From Candidatus Methylomirabilota bacterium (GTDB lineage: Bacteria > Desulfobacterota > Binatia > Bin18), in contig DATLYA010000005.1 in NCBI GenBank assembly GCA_035575235.1, forward strand, positions 369-64,368: a DNA stretch of 64,000 bases. Reading direction: 5' to 3'. Of this stretch, positions 25,764-39,180 are shown one piece after another (positions within the stretch are counted from its first letter, which is position 1; every line of letters starts with the position of its first letter). The translations under genes were made by a program, and so were the position numbers. Under the pieces are notes generated by a model. That model worked only from the letters and a program-made list of their open reading frames with translations, ran no database searches and was not told the origin of the DNA.

Positions 25764-26103
25764 ATGCGTAAAGAAGCCATTAGCAGTTTAAGCTCACTGG
25801 TTCCAGCGTTTTTGCTCAGCACTTGTTGCCGAGGGCCAACGCTGTACGTGCTGTTCGGGGTCAGCGTGGGGGGGGCTCAGCCTCTTTACTCCGCTCGAAC
25901 CGTACCGCCCGGCGTTTATGCTGGCGGCGGTGGGGCTGCTTGGCTACGCCTTTCATCATCTGTATATCCGCCCGCCGCAGTTTGACTGCGTAGAGAATGG
26001 GCGCTCGGCCCTGCGAACCAGCCGCATCGTGTTCTGGATCGCCAGCCTGGTCTTTGTCGTGGCCGCGCTTTACCCGGTGGTGTTGCCTCATTTCGTGTCC
26101 TGA
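25764..26103 (+). pseudogene. merT: MerT mercuric-ion transport protein (Cys form), frameshifted in a G8 tract (25868-25875)
   Basis: MRKEAISSLSSLVPAFLLSTCCRGPTLYVLFGVSVGG / LSLFTPLEPYRPAFMLAAVGLLGY...IVFWIASLVFVVAALYPVVLPHF. LEPYRP and the C-terminal helix match Tn501 MerT. With G7 the frame would be continuous. Confidence 0.75.
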
Positions 26104-26140
26104 AAAAGTCCGAAAGAAAGCTCAGAAAAGAGAATCGTCG

Positions 26141-26419
26141 ATGCAGAAGCAACAGTGGATGACACTCATAGGAGCTCTTGCCCTCGCTTTAAGCACGACA
26201 GCGTGGGCCGGGGAACGGACGGTGAATCTCAAAGTAGACGGCATGTCGTGCGCCATGTGTGCGCCAGCCGCCCGCAAAGCGCTAGAGAAAGTTGATGGCG
26301 TGCAGGCGGCGAAGGTGGAAGGTGACCGGGCGACGGTGGTGGCTGACGAAAAGGTGCAGGACACTGACCTCGTCAAAGCGATTGAAGGGGCAGGCTTCTC
26401 AGCAACCGTGGAGAATTGA
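26141..26419 (+). CDS. merP: MerP-like periplasmic HMA metal-binding protein (Cys form, GMSCAMC)
   Basis: Signal peptide, then TVNLKVDGMSCAMCAPAARKALEKVDGV...AIEGAGFSATVEN. Confidence 0.85.
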   Translation: MQKQQWMTLIGALALALSTTAWAGERTVNLKVDGMSCAMCAPAARKALEKVDGVQAAKVEGDRATVVADEKVQDTDLVKAIEGAGFSATVEN

Positions 26420-26519
26420 ATGACTGGCGTATGGGACAGCGCCCTTATGCTCCGCTCTTCCTTGTCCCCTCCCACACGGGAGACAGGAGACGTAGGATAC
26501 TACTCTATCGCCTTCTCCA

Positions 26520-27227
26520 TCAGGCTGGCTTCCATGCATAACGAAACACCGTCCAAAGGATCTTGCACCCAGCGAGGACCGTGCCCTTGATCGTGCCGCT
26601 TACTTTCGATTCTCCTCCAGCCCGTTTACGATAACGCACGGGCACTTCGGCAATCCGTAGTTTTTGTCGTATCGCCTTAATCTGCATCTCCACGGTCCAG
26701 CCATAAGTGCGGTCGATCATTCCCAACTCAAGAAGTGAAGAGAAACGGATGGCGCGAAACGGACCAAGGTCACTGTATGAAAAACCATAGAGCAGACGGA
26801 TCAGGAGCGTCGCCAAAGCGTTGCCAAAGCGAGCTTGCAGGAGCAGTGCGCCTGGTTCGGCTTTCCCTTTTGTCCGCGAGCCGATGACGAGATCACACTC
26901 CCCCGCCACGATCGGCCGCACGATCGTAGGAAGTTCGTCTGGGTGATCGCTATAATCCGCATCAAGGAACACAACGATATCGGGTCTCTTCGCCCTCAAA
27001 TACTCAATGCCGGCCAGGCATGCTGACCCATACCCACGCCGCGGTTCGCTCAGCACGGTAGCGCCACTCGCATGTGCGACCTGTACGGTGTGGTCAGAGG
27101 AGCCATTATCTATCACCACCACTTCGTCAATGACCTCGGTAGGAAGATCCGCCAGCACTGTAGGCAAAGTTGCCTCCTCATTGAGGGCAGGGATGAGAAC
27201 GGCAATGCGAGGCAAAAAGTTAGCCAT
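26520..27227 (-). CDS. Family 2 glycosyltransferase (dolichyl-phosphate mannosyltransferase-like)
   Basis: IAVLIPALNEEATLPTVL...VVVIDNGSSDHT...RRGYGSACLAGI...FLDADYSD. Confidence 0.85.
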   Translation of the reverse strand: MANFLPRIAVLIPALNEEATLPTVLADLPTEVIDEVVVIDNGSSDHTVQVAHASGATVLSEPRRGYGSACLAGIEYLRAKRPDIVVFLDADYSDHPDELPTIVRPIVAGECDLVIGSRTKGKAEPGALLLQARFGNALATLLIRLLYGFSYSDLGPFRAIRFSSLLELGMIDRTYGWTVEMQIKAIRQKLRIAEVPVRYRKRAGGESKVSGTIKGTVLAGCKILWTVFRYAWKPA

Positions 27228-27323
27228 ACAGCAGCGGACAGCTAGGCCACGCAGGCTTCGACAGCATCTGTCTTGAGCGCGATCGAAGGGTCAAAAGGCG
27301 AACGCGATCTTCTCTGGAGTTGT

Positions 27324-28022
27324 TCACGGGATTACCCGAAACGTCACGACGACTGGGGTCCCATCGGGCGGTAGCATATCGCTATTGGCCAGGAAACGCG
27401 AGGGAGCAGTAACATAATCAGAAATACTGAACGTTCCGTTGCTCACTTTGCCGCTTGGACAACTGTAGAGACACGCTAAACAGCCGGGTCGCGGAGCAAG
27501 AGGGACCCGGTTAAACCAGCGGTCGCGGTTGCCGCCAAAACGCCATGCGATCGCGGATTGCGGGTCATCACTGGCAACCTGACGGAACGTTCGATCAACA
27601 GAGATGCCTCTTGGATTCCCTTCCCAGGCAATCCACACGTCAAGAGCACTCCCGAGCACTTTTTCTTGCGGCGCGGCGCTTTGCGGATCGTGTCGCTTAC
27701 TCCAGGAATCCATTGTCAGGTTGTCCCCAGGCTGTACCCCCAGGGCAACCAGTGCCTCGTGAAAGACGAGATCATCGACTGGGGTTTCAATCAAGGCGGC
27801 TCTTGAGGTTCCGCCTTGCCACACGAGAAGATGATAATGGGCTTCGTCTCCCTGAGCAGCATTGAACCGTGCCGGATAGATACTGCCGAAAACCTGCATT
27901 TCTTTCGCTTCGGCGACAACCACCAAGGGAGTTGTAACGGTTGGCTGTCCTAAGCTCTGGCAATACCCCGGCGTATGCCGGAACAGCGCCACAACAAAGG
28001 TGACAGTAAACAAAACCTTCAC
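27324..28022 (-). CDS. Exported hypothetical protein
   Basis: 232-aa ORF with signal peptide MKVLFTVTFVVALF. No confident family. Confidence 0.55.
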   Translation of the reverse strand: MKVLFTVTFVVALFRHTPGYCQSLGQPTVTTPLVVVAEAKEMQVFGSIYPARFNAAQGDEAHYHLLVWQGGTSRAALIETPVDDLVFHEALVALGVQPGDNLTMDSWSKRHDPQSAAPQEKVLGSALDVWIAWEGNPRGISVDRTFRQVASDDPQSAIAWRFGGNRDRWFNRVPLAPRPGCLACLYSCPSGKVSNGTFSISDYVTAPSRFLANSDMLPPDGTPVVVTFRVIP

Positions 28023-28347
28023 TGTTCTTAGTCTCCGGCTCCCCCACTAAAAGGATAGAGAGACGCTTTTTTTATTTGATTTCGTCATCTGCAAAAGTAC
28101 CCAACGACAATGACGCCACCCGCTTCCGCGGCCTTGTCCGTACCGCTCGCAACTCGTGGTGTTCTCGTGTCATAGCTCTCTCCATAAAATCCTCTCGACT
28201 CCAAAAAGTTCCCAATCCATACACGGCGCTGTAACAATCTTGGGTTACCACGGGAACCACACGCAACCATCAATGGTTACAACATACAAAGCAGCACGCG
28301 CTGCTTGCGCGACAGCGGCAAACCGTCGTCACGGGAAAGGCTTCAAG

Positions 28348-29097
28348 ATGTATCGTGTCGTCGTTGGTGTCATACTTGTGGTGGTTCTTGCGGTAGGGGC
28401 GTTCATGCTGCCCGTGGAAGCATATCTCTCCCGCTTTCTGGCCTGGGTGCAAACCGTCGGCCCCTGGGGCACGTTCGTTCTTGGAGCAGGATATATCCCT
28501 GCGGCGCTTCTCTTCGTTCCTGGCTCTCTCTTAACACTCGGCGCGGGGTTTGTGTTTGGCGTGGGAGTCGGCACGGTCGCGGTTTCTCTCGGCAGTACTC
28601 TGGGCGCAGCCGCAGCGTTCCTGTTGGGTCGTACGTTCGCCAGGCGCGCGATCGAAGCCAAGGTTGCCGGAAACCCTCGATTCCACGCGCTTGACCAGGC
28701 CGTGAAACGTGAAGGGTTCAAGATCGTGTTGTTGATGCGGCTCTCGCCAGTCTTTCCCTTCAATCTGCTCAACTACGCCTTTGGCCTGACGCAAGTCTCC
28801 TTTGGCGACTATGTCCTGGCGTCGTGGATTGGCATGCTCCCTGGGACGCTCATGTACGTCTATCTTGGCTCTGCCGCGCAGAATCTGGCGGCATTGTCCA
28901 CTGGACAGGCGGCGGGAGGCGCTGGCCGCCACGTGCTGTTCGGTCTTGGACTCCTCGCCACTGTCGTGGTCACCGTGTTTGTCACCAGACTGGCGCGGAG
29001 AGCGCTTGACGAATTAGCACCGACAACGGTGAACGCACGGTCTCAACCGCCAGCCAACAAACTTACGCGGGATGAACAGCATCCTGTTCTTTCCTAA
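28348..29097 (+). CDS. TVP38/TMEM64 (DedA-related, VTT domain) membrane protein
   Basis: ...GYIPAALLFVPGSLLTLGAGFVFG...LGRTFAR...LLMRLSPVFPFNLLNYAFGLT. Start ATG 28348. Confidence 0.85.
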   Translation: MYRVVVGVILVVVLAVGAFMLPVEAYLSRFLAWVQTVGPWGTFVLGAGYIPAALLFVPGSLLTLGAGFVFGVGVGTVAVSLGSTLGAAAAFLLGRTFARRAIEAKVAGNPRFHALDQAVKREGFKIVLLMRLSPVFPFNLLNYAFGLTQVSFGDYVLASWIGMLPGTLMYVYLGSAAQNLAALSTGQAAGGAGRHVLFGLGLLATVVVTVFVTRLARRALDELAPTTVNARSQPPANKLTRDEQHPVLS

Positions 29098-29340
29098 CGA
29101 TTCCTATCTCTCTTGATCGACCATGAAGACTCCTGTTGAAACACCTTTGTGGCTGTGTCCATCGCAAAGAGAAGAGAGAGCGTCGAAATCGTGGAACAAA
29201 AGTCTCTGGAACTTTAGCCGGTACAGTAAGGTTACTGAAAAAATGACGTAGGCGTGCTGTCCGCAAGAGAGCTGTGAACGTGCCAACGTTTTCGGACAGA
29301 CCACACGTACGGAACTCAGTACAGTATTGAGGAGACAAAC

Positions 29341-30585
29341 ATGGAACCTTTCGCTATCGGATTGTATCTCGTCGGCGTTCTCCTGCTCGCGCTAACCTTT
29401 TTCCCTTTCTCCCCTATGACGCTCAAGTTCTGGATGCCGAAGCGCGAGACCATGCTCTTTGCTCATCAGCATCGCGTACTGCTCCGCGGACTTGGGAGCC
29501 TGAGCGTAGCAATCACTTTTTTTCTCGCCATGACGGGGGATGTCGCAACCGAGTGGGGTTGGGTTGCTGGGCTGACTGGAGTGTTTTTCCTCGCTTTTTG
29601 GTGGGGGGGCTATGTCCCGGTCATCATGGGCTCTCCCCAGGACCAGCAACTGCTCAGCGCTGAACAAGCTGAGACCATTCTGAAACCCCAAGACGATGTG
29701 TTAGGCGTGGTGCTGGATGGTGAGGCGCATGCGTATCCGCGGATGGCCATCACTAGGCCACATCTTTATCATGACACGATCGGCGGCATTCCCATCACCG
29801 TAACATATTGCATCCTGTGTAACTCGGGGGTTGCCTTACGGGCAGAGCTTGAAGGACAACCACTCTCTCTCCACCCTATCACCGCCTTCAATAACAACAT
29901 TATCTACTACGATGCTCAGAGTGGAAATTACATCCAACAGTTGGAAGGAGACGTTATTGCTGGCCCAGCAAAGGGAAAACGGCTCGCGACGCTGCCCACC
30001 ACCTTGACCACATGGCGGACCTGGAAAGAACTGTACCCACGGACTCGGGTGCTTTTTGCCCCAGAAACAAAACTGCGCGATCGTATGTTGACGAACATGC
30101 TGCACTGGATGATGCCGCTTGCTGGACTGATGCAACGTCGCACCCCTTGGCATCCATTAAATGTAAATGGTAATCGAGACGAACGGCTGCCAGCGATGAC
30201 TCCGATCTTTGGCGTAGAGGTGAAAAGGGAAAGAAAAGCCTATCCCCTCTCGTTGTTGCGCAACCGCAAGGTTGTAAACGATGCACTGGATGGTGTTCCT
30301 ATCGTGATACTCTACGATCCGGCGCGTGATACGGGAGGTGTCTTTACACGGGAAGTCGATGGCCGAGTCCTCACATTCCGCGCCTTTGCGAACGGGGTCT
30401 CTCAGATCGTAGCGATGGATGAAGAAACACGAAGCTTGTGGGATGTGAGAGGAAAAGCCTGCGAAGGAGTCTCAGCAGGCACAGGCTTGTCCCCGGTTCC
30501 TCACTTTGGGAAAGTATTTTGGTTTAGTTGGGCCACATTTCGACCGGGGACGAGACTCGAAACAGAGGTCGCCGGTGGACATTAA
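29341..30585 (+). CDS. DUF3179 domain protein (Cys form, TYCILCNSG) with N-terminal TM region
   Basis: ...GEAHAYPRMAITRPHLYHDTIGGIPITVTYCILCNSGVAL...TLTTWRTWKELYP. Serves as the Cys reference for the two Sec paralogues. Confidence 0.85.
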   Translation: MEPFAIGLYLVGVLLLALTFFPFSPMTLKFWMPKRETMLFAHQHRVLLRGLGSLSVAITFFLAMTGDVATEWGWVAGLTGVFFLAFWWGGYVPVIMGSPQDQQLLSAEQAETILKPQDDVLGVVLDGEAHAYPRMAITRPHLYHDTIGGIPITVTYCILCNSGVALRAELEGQPLSLHPITAFNNNIIYYDAQSGNYIQQLEGDVIAGPAKGKRLATLPTTLTTWRTWKELYPRTRVLFAPETKLRDRMLTNMLHWMMPLAGLMQRRTPWHPLNVNGNRDERLPAMTPIFGVEVKRERKAYPLSLLRNRKVVNDALDGVPIVILYDPARDTGGVFTREVDGRVLTFRAFANGVSQIVAMDEETRSLWDVRGKACEGVSAGTGLSPVPHFGKVFWFSWATFRPGTRLETEVAGGH

Positions 30586-30706
30586 AACTGAGCAAGAAGC
30601 CCACCCACGAGCGGCGTTGTGAAGAAGTAACGAGGAGCGAGCGTTGCTTTGACAATATACTCGCCGCGAGATCAAGCGCGCTGCGCCACCCTGAAGATGA
30701 TCGTAC

Positions 30707-30952
30707 GTGGGTTGCCTCACCTCGTGTGGCCGGGGAGCGACGCGGCACGACCGACCGTTTCATGCTTCTATTCAGGAAACCATAACCCAAACGGATAATG
30801 ACGGCTCCATGCTTAACACCCTGACAGAGCCTCCCGGCAATCTGCCAGCGGAGAGGGCGCATACGGTCGGCGACGGCGAAATGTTTTGGCGCATCTCTAC
30901 AGGAGCTGAGGGCATGCACGGCTTCGCGAGCGCTAGAAAGGAGCGTGAGTGA
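30707..30952 (+). pseudogene. Possible c-type-cytochrome-domain remnant
   Basis: Only the tail ...HTVGDGEMFWRISTGAEGMHGFA resembles the class I cytochrome c C-terminal helix region. No intact CxxCH. Confidence 0.25.
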
Positions 30953-31431
30953 AGAGTCTCTTGTTTCTCTGTGTAGCGAATTCGGCGCGCAGTCAAATGG
31001 CGGAAGGGTTGGCGCGTCGTCTTTTCGCCGAGACTGTCCGGGTGCAAAGCGCCGGCTCGCATCCGACTCACGTGCATCCGCTTGCCATTGCGGTTATGGC
31101 TGAAGTGGGGATCGACATCGCTGGACACACCTCGAAGTCTGTTGACACCATCGATCTAGCTGCCGTGGACACCGTGATTACCCTCTGCGCCGAGGAAGTA
31201 TGTCCGGTCTTTCTTGGTCAAGCGGAACGCTTACATTGGCCGACCCCTGATCCAGCCGGTCATGAAGACGAGTCGCACGCGCAGCAGTTGGAGCGATTTC
31301 GCGCGGCGCGAGAGCAGATTCGCGGGCGACTGAACATCCTGGCGGCGCGTCATGATGTCCTCGCCGCGCCGACCATGGCCGATTTTCATTGCAGGGTACG
31401 AGTGGCGGACTTGCTGCCTCGTGGAGTGTAA
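30949..31431 (+). CDS. arsC: Arsenate reductase (LMW-PTP type), paralogue of 11129-11986 with the VOC domain truncated
   Basis: About 80% nt identity to 11129-11600 by eye. [20 protein letters not shown]...TLCAEEVCP. It ends after the first VOC strand ([10 protein letters not shown]). Confidence 0.8.
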   Translation: MKSLLFLCVANSARSQMAEGLARRLFAETVRVQSAGSHPTHVHPLAIAVMAEVGIDIAGHTSKSVDTIDLAAVDTVITLCAEEVCPVFLGQAERLHWPTPDPAGHEDESHAQQLERFRAAREQIRGRLNILAARHDVLAAPTMADFHCRVRVADLLPRGV

Positions 31432-31544
31432 TTGGGAACTTGGGCGTTCATACGGCTGTTTCTGAGAAAAGATTCCACGCCAAGGGGAGACGAGCACCCA
31501 GGCTAAGAACCGGAAATGTATGATTATCGGACATAGACCCCCAT

Positions 31545-31764
31545 AGCGTGCAGCGCAAACTCACCGCTCTCTTCAGCGCCGATGTCCAGGGCTACAGCCG
31601 CCTGATGGGTGACGATGAGATTGCAATTATCCGCACCTTAACCGAGTATCGACAGCCCTTGATTGCTTTCATCCAGAGGTGTTTAGGGGCGTGATAGTGG
31701 ACTCGCCTGGCGATAACCTGCTCGCGGAGTTTGCCAGCGCCATCGACGCGGTTCAATATAGGTA
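31545..31764 (+). pseudogene. Class III adenylate/guanylate cyclase fragment (frameshifted, truncated)
   Basis: RKLTALFSADVQGYSRLMGDDEIAIIRTLTEYRQPLIAFI / VIVDSPGDNLLAEFASAIDAVQ in two frames, with no N- or C-terminal remainder. Confidence 0.6.
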
Positions 31765-32828
31765 GTGTGCGCAAAGCGGCTGACACGGTGTGAATCACAG
31801 CGCAGTTAGTGGCGGTGTCTCGAAGCGGAAACCAGGACATGAAAGGTTGGTGTCAAACACGGAAACGTTGGAATGTGCTCGCGGTCGCCGCGGTTGTGCT
31901 CCTTGCGTTTTTACCGCTCGTCTTCACCACAAAACATTTGCACTTTTCTCACACCACCGAAACAGCTTTCGCGCAATCCAACAGCCTCTCCCCGGCGACA
32001 CTCACGCTGGCGAACGCCACCATTGACATCGCCTTCGCTCCCGGGGCGCTGGAGTTGTCGCGTGACCACGTGCTGAAGTGGACCATGGCATCGGCTCAGG
32101 CCGTGGCTTCCTATTATGGCCAGTTTCCCGTGCCGCATGTGCGCCTGTTCCTAACCCCCTTCAAGGGGACAGGCGTCCGTTCTGGAACAACGTATGGCGG
32201 CCAGGACCCGTTGATCAAAGTCTCGCTCGGCGAATTCACCTCAGCAGCGATGCTGCAACGAGACTGGGTCCTGACACATGAGATGGTTCATCTGGCCTTT
32301 CCGTCCGTGCCGCGGGCACACCACTGGATTGAGGAAGGTCTTGCCACCTATGTTGAACCCTTAGCGCGCCACGCGGCGGGCCAACTCAGTGCAGAGGTCG
32401 TCTGGCGCGACCTGGTGGAAAGTTTGCCGAAAGGGTTGCCGAGGTCAGGAGATCAAGGACTGGATCATACGCCAACCTGGGGACGGACTTATTGGGGCGG
32501 CGCCTTATTCTGCTTGCTTGCGGATATTGAGATCCGCCAAAGGACAGCCAACCGCTATGGATTACGGGACGCCCTGCGCGCCATTATAGCGGCGGGCGGC
32601 TCAATGCAGGTGAGGTGGCCGCTGGTCCGTGCGTTGGAAATCGGCGATCAAGCAATTGAGGTCCCGGTGTTGATGGAACTGTACGCCCGGATGAAAGCCG
32701 CCCCTGCCGATATCGACTTGGCTGACCTGTGGCGACGCCTTGGGGTCAAAGTCCAGGAGGATGTCGTGCTCTTCCGGGATGATGCTCCACTCGCCTCGAT
32801 ACGCCGCGCCATCACTCCTGGGGAGTCT

Positions 32829-35237
<2,409 letters not shown>

Positions 35238-35242
35238 AGTGA

Positions 35243-35646
35243 TTATTCTCCAAGTGAACGAAAAAGATTCGGAGCGATCTCCTCCATCTCCGGCCCTTCT
35301 GTGACAATTGCTAATATCACTCTGTCCGAGCGGAAGAAACAGAGAGCATACTGCTCAAAGCTCTTGAGACAGCGTGGAGTGTCCCAGTTTGCCGCCTGTC
35401 TCTTCTCTTCAGAGAGGATCGCCTCGCCCGCGCGAGTGAACTCACATACCTGTACAAGGTCCGGGGAACAGCAGAGCCCTCGGCGCTCCGCATCACTGCT
35501 TCCTCAAGCGCGGACAGAACTTTCACCTTTTCCTGGCAGGAGGGGCAGGTAGTCAGGTGGCGTTGGATGGCACGCTCTTCCTCGGGGCTCAGCTCGCCAT
35601 CGAGGTGCGCGCTCAATTCTTCTAAAGGTTTATCACAGGACGTCAC
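35243..35646 (-). pseudogene. zf-HC2 anti-sigma-like protein, frameshifted near 35461-35466
   Basis: LSAHLDGELSPEEERAIQRHLTTCPSCQEKV... then, in another frame, ...PDLVQVCEFTRAGEAILSEEK...[25 protein letters not shown], ending 5 nt before the yyaL-like start. Confidence 0.5.
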
Positions 35647-35883
35647 AGGCTAGGTTATGCAACGGCAGGACGGATACCCATTTTCGACATTGTATATTAA
35701 CATGGGCATTTTACAGGGATGTTACAGAATTATGACTTATCTATGAAAAATGACGACGATAGAAGACTGTCTTCTCCCCTTTCCGTCTTCTTTGGTAGAG
35801 AGAGGTGCGCGCGCACTGTCAAGAATGCTCTGCCTGGTCACAAGTTCTCTACACGGCCAGAGGAAGGAAAGGAGGATCTCAGC

Positions 35884-37281
35884 ATGCGGAAGATCGGAAT
35901 GATATTTGGGGGAGGGCTGCTCGTGGTGAGCCTGTGGTCGACTAACCCAGCAGGAGCTCAGTCACAAGCGGCTGAAGTTTCAGAACTTGAGCAGCTTAAA
36001 CAAAAGATTGAAGAACTGGAGCAACTCAAACAGAGAGTTGAGCAGTTGGAAAAACACCAGGTAGCAGCGACCGTCAGTCCAGCACAGCCGCAGACAAAAT
36101 ACATCCCGGCGGATGTGCAGGCAGCGGTGGACAATGCGGTGCCGTCTTTTTTAAAGCACTTCAAGCTGTCCACTCTGATCTATGGTGACTGGGCTGCTTA
36201 TCCGCAGACCGGTTGGGGACCTCAGTTCCTCACCCAAATCAATCCACCCGGTCCTGGGAACGACAATGTCAACTCGTTCGATATCACCCGCACGTATCTC
36301 AACCTCTTGTGGACCCCGAGTGAGCGGTACACGATTCGCATTACCCCGAATATTTTCCGAGAAGTAGGCACGCCTGGGGCATTCAAAAACTCCAGCAACT
36401 CCAGCGTGGGGAGCAACTTGAATGGCAACCTCACGTTCCGTCTCAAGTACGGCTGGTTCCAGATGAACGATGTGCTCTATAAAGGGCAGAATGTCCGGAT
36501 CGGACAGATAGAGAACCCGCTCGTTCCTTGGGAAGAGGATCTGTACGGCTTTCGCTTCGTCAACCTCGTGCCGCTCAACTTCTTCGCTTACTCCTCCACG
36601 GATCTCGGCATTGCCGCCTTGGGTCCAATCAGGCTCAGCGATACCACGTATGGGGATTACTGGCTCGGCCTCTACAATGGCTCCTCGTTTCATGCCGCTG
36701 AGTTCAATGAAAAACGCTCCCCACAGGGACGGATCACCCTCTATCCTTTTGCCAAAACTCTTGCACTCGCCGGCTTAGGGTTCACGGGGTTTGGCAGTTA
36801 GGGGTACACCAATGTGGCGCCGGATACCAAAGACGCGGTGATCCGACGATTTGCCGGACTCGTGCACTACAGCAGTGAGCACTTTGGGCTCGCGTTTGAG
36901 TTTGATGCCACGCGCAACAACAACAGCTTCGGCAACTTCTTCTCAGGCTCGGGTCCACTTGACCAGACTCCAGCTCAACAATTGTACAGCAGCATTCTCA
37001 ATCCTAAGGCGCAAGCGCGAGGGTACTCCATGTTTGGCCATCGGGATATTGGCCATACCCCGTTTACGCTGTTTGGCATGTGGACCCGCTGGTATCCCAA
37101 TATCGATGTCCCCAACGATCCGCTCGATAGCGATCGGGTCATTGTCGGGGTCGCCTACCGCGCTAACTCTTGGTTACGAGTTGCGCTTGACACTCAGAAT
37201 TTCCTCTATCTCCATCACGGACCAGAAGGGCAGAGTGATATCCATGCGGTCTTTGCCAACTTTGAGATCAACTACAATTAA
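35884..37281 (+). pseudogene. Phosphate-selective-porin (OprO/P)-like outer-membrane porin interrupted by in-frame TAG 36799-36801
   Basis: Signal peptide, coiled-coil ELEQLKQKIEELEQLKQRVEQLEK, then a beta-barrel. Track ORFs 35719..36801 and 36814..37281 share a frame (...GLGFTGFGS*GYTNVAPD...). Confidence 0.7.
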
Positions 37282-37519
37282 GGAGCGCGTTCGGCGCGGT
37301 CAGGTCGCTCTGCCACCGGAGCGATTCCAGAAGGTCGGGCCCCCCTCTCTCGTCTCATCAGCTTGGAATCGCTCGGGCTATATGAGGTTGCATCAGTTTC
37401 TTGGAGGAAACGAGTGGACGCGATACGTCTCATCAACCCAGCGGTCATGGTCAACACGAGTATCAGTCCATACTGTTTCCCGTTCATCCTCAGTCCTCCT
37501 CCTGTGACTCCTGACACAC

Positions 37520-38899
37520 TCAGGGGGTTCCTCCCAGGGCTGTCACAGACATCTCCCCGATGGCCCACAGCAAACCTGCCTCCTCCTTGTTGTATTGAGC
37601 GATCACACTGACCAAAGCGGTACGGGTAGCGGTCAGCGTCGTTTGCGCTTCCAGGACTTCTAACGTCAGCCCGACTCCACCCTCAAGACGGACTTGGCTT
37701 AACGTGAGCGAGGCCTCAGCGGCTTGCACTCCGCGGTGCGCCGCTTCGATTTGCTCTTGCGCCGTGAGGACGGCTTCCCGAGCTTGAATGACCTCGGCCT
37801 TTACTGATTCGAGGATTCGTTCGGCTTGGACCTTCGTCTGATCAGCACGAGCCCTTGCGGCTTGGATCTCCCCGATGGAAGAGGGGGAAAGCGTCCACCC
37901 GATAAACCCGCCATAAATGTGGCGATTCCCCAAGTCAAAGCTGCGGCCGATTGCACTTTCCTCCACGGTCCCAACGACTTTAGGCCCCAGGGCTTTCCAC
38001 CACAGAGCCGTGTGTTGATCCTCCGCCGCTTCCGCCCGCAGCGCGAGTTCTCTCACTTCTGGGCGCTGGACAGCAGCCCGATTCGGGAGGTCGTCTAACG
38101 GGGTCGCGCTGGGAATCACTGTTAACTGCTTCACGGCAGGTTCGAGAGGAAACAACGTCACACTGGGGTCCACTTTGAGAGTCAGTGCAAGCTTGACAGA
38201 CGCATCGCGGAATTCCTTTTGGGCCTGAAACAGGAGCCCTTCATCCTGTGCGAGCCGGGCCTCGGCCCGCACGACATCGACCTTGAGTCCAACTCCTAAA
38301 CTCTCCCGCTCGCGGCTGAGGCGCACGAGCTCCTGCGAGGCGCGGACCGCCTGTTCGGCAATAGCTACGCGTGCTTGGGCCTGTTCCAAATCAAAGTACT
38401 GTTGAGCCACCGTGAGGAGCGTCTGTTGGGTGACTCTTGTTTCTTGCTAAGTGGCCGCGTCGAGCAGCTTATACGCAGCCAGCGTATCAAACAGAGCTCG
38501 GCCAGGGTCAATCGAAAGCACGACCACACCCGCAGGATTGAGTGTGCTGAAGGTACGATCTCCTAAGTCGCCAAACGAGGCCTGGATACGGCCGTCGATC
38601 TTACGGGCCGAGAAAGAATAGGCGGTGACGGGAAGGAAGGCTGCCAGAGCTTGAGTTTTCTCTCCACCTGCCTCACGCACACGAGCGCGGGCTTCGAGAA
38701 TCTCCAGGTTATTCGCCGTCGCCAGACGCAAAGCCGTCGAGAGATCAAGAGGGAGCCTCTCCCCGGCACGGACGAGGCGCAGATCAGTGGACGTCAAAGG
38801 CACGGCGATGGGAGAGGCTTGATCCTCCGCGCCCCACGCCCAGGTGATAATCGTAAAGGTTGCGACGATCACAGCGACCCAGCAAACCCACCGCCGCAT
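37520..38899 (-). pseudogene. TolC-family outer-membrane efflux protein interrupted by in-frame TAG 38447-38449
   Basis: Track ORFs 38447..38899 and 37520..38410 share a frame (...AAYKLLDAAT*QETRVTQQTLLTVAQQYFDLEQA...). Typical duplicated TolC repeat. Confidence 0.75.
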
Positions 38900-38916
38900 G
38901 ATACCACCTCCCCCCT

Positions 38917-39180
38917 TCAGTGAAGCACCGCTTGTGAGTTAGTCGCCAAAGCATCGGCGCGTACCGCGCGTACAGCGCCGCCGTTGTTCACCGCGCCGGC
39001 GCTCGTGCCCACATAGAAATCGAAGACCATCGCGGAGAAACTATTCCCAAATGAGTCGTCAAGCGCGGTCAGCACACCGATCTCGTACAAGGCCCCAGGC
39101 GCCCCTCCTCCATCCAGGACCAAAGCCGCCTTGGGCAGAGAGGTTTCAAACATTTTGGCCTCCGCGACCTTTACCGCCAT
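38917..39180 (-). pseudogene. Patatin-like phospholipase N-terminal fragment
   Basis: ALVLDGGGAPGALYEIGVL...FDFYVGTSAGAV (GGGxxG and GxSxG), but it stops after about 87 aa. Confidence 0.5.

Noticed and set aside
36799-38449. In-frame TAG codons as pyrrolysine
   Set aside because: No pyl genes or methylamine methyltransferase context are present. TAG is used as an ordinary stop by several genes in the window. Outer-membrane proteins are not known Pyl proteins. This is kept as an unexplained nonsense or suppression observation instead.
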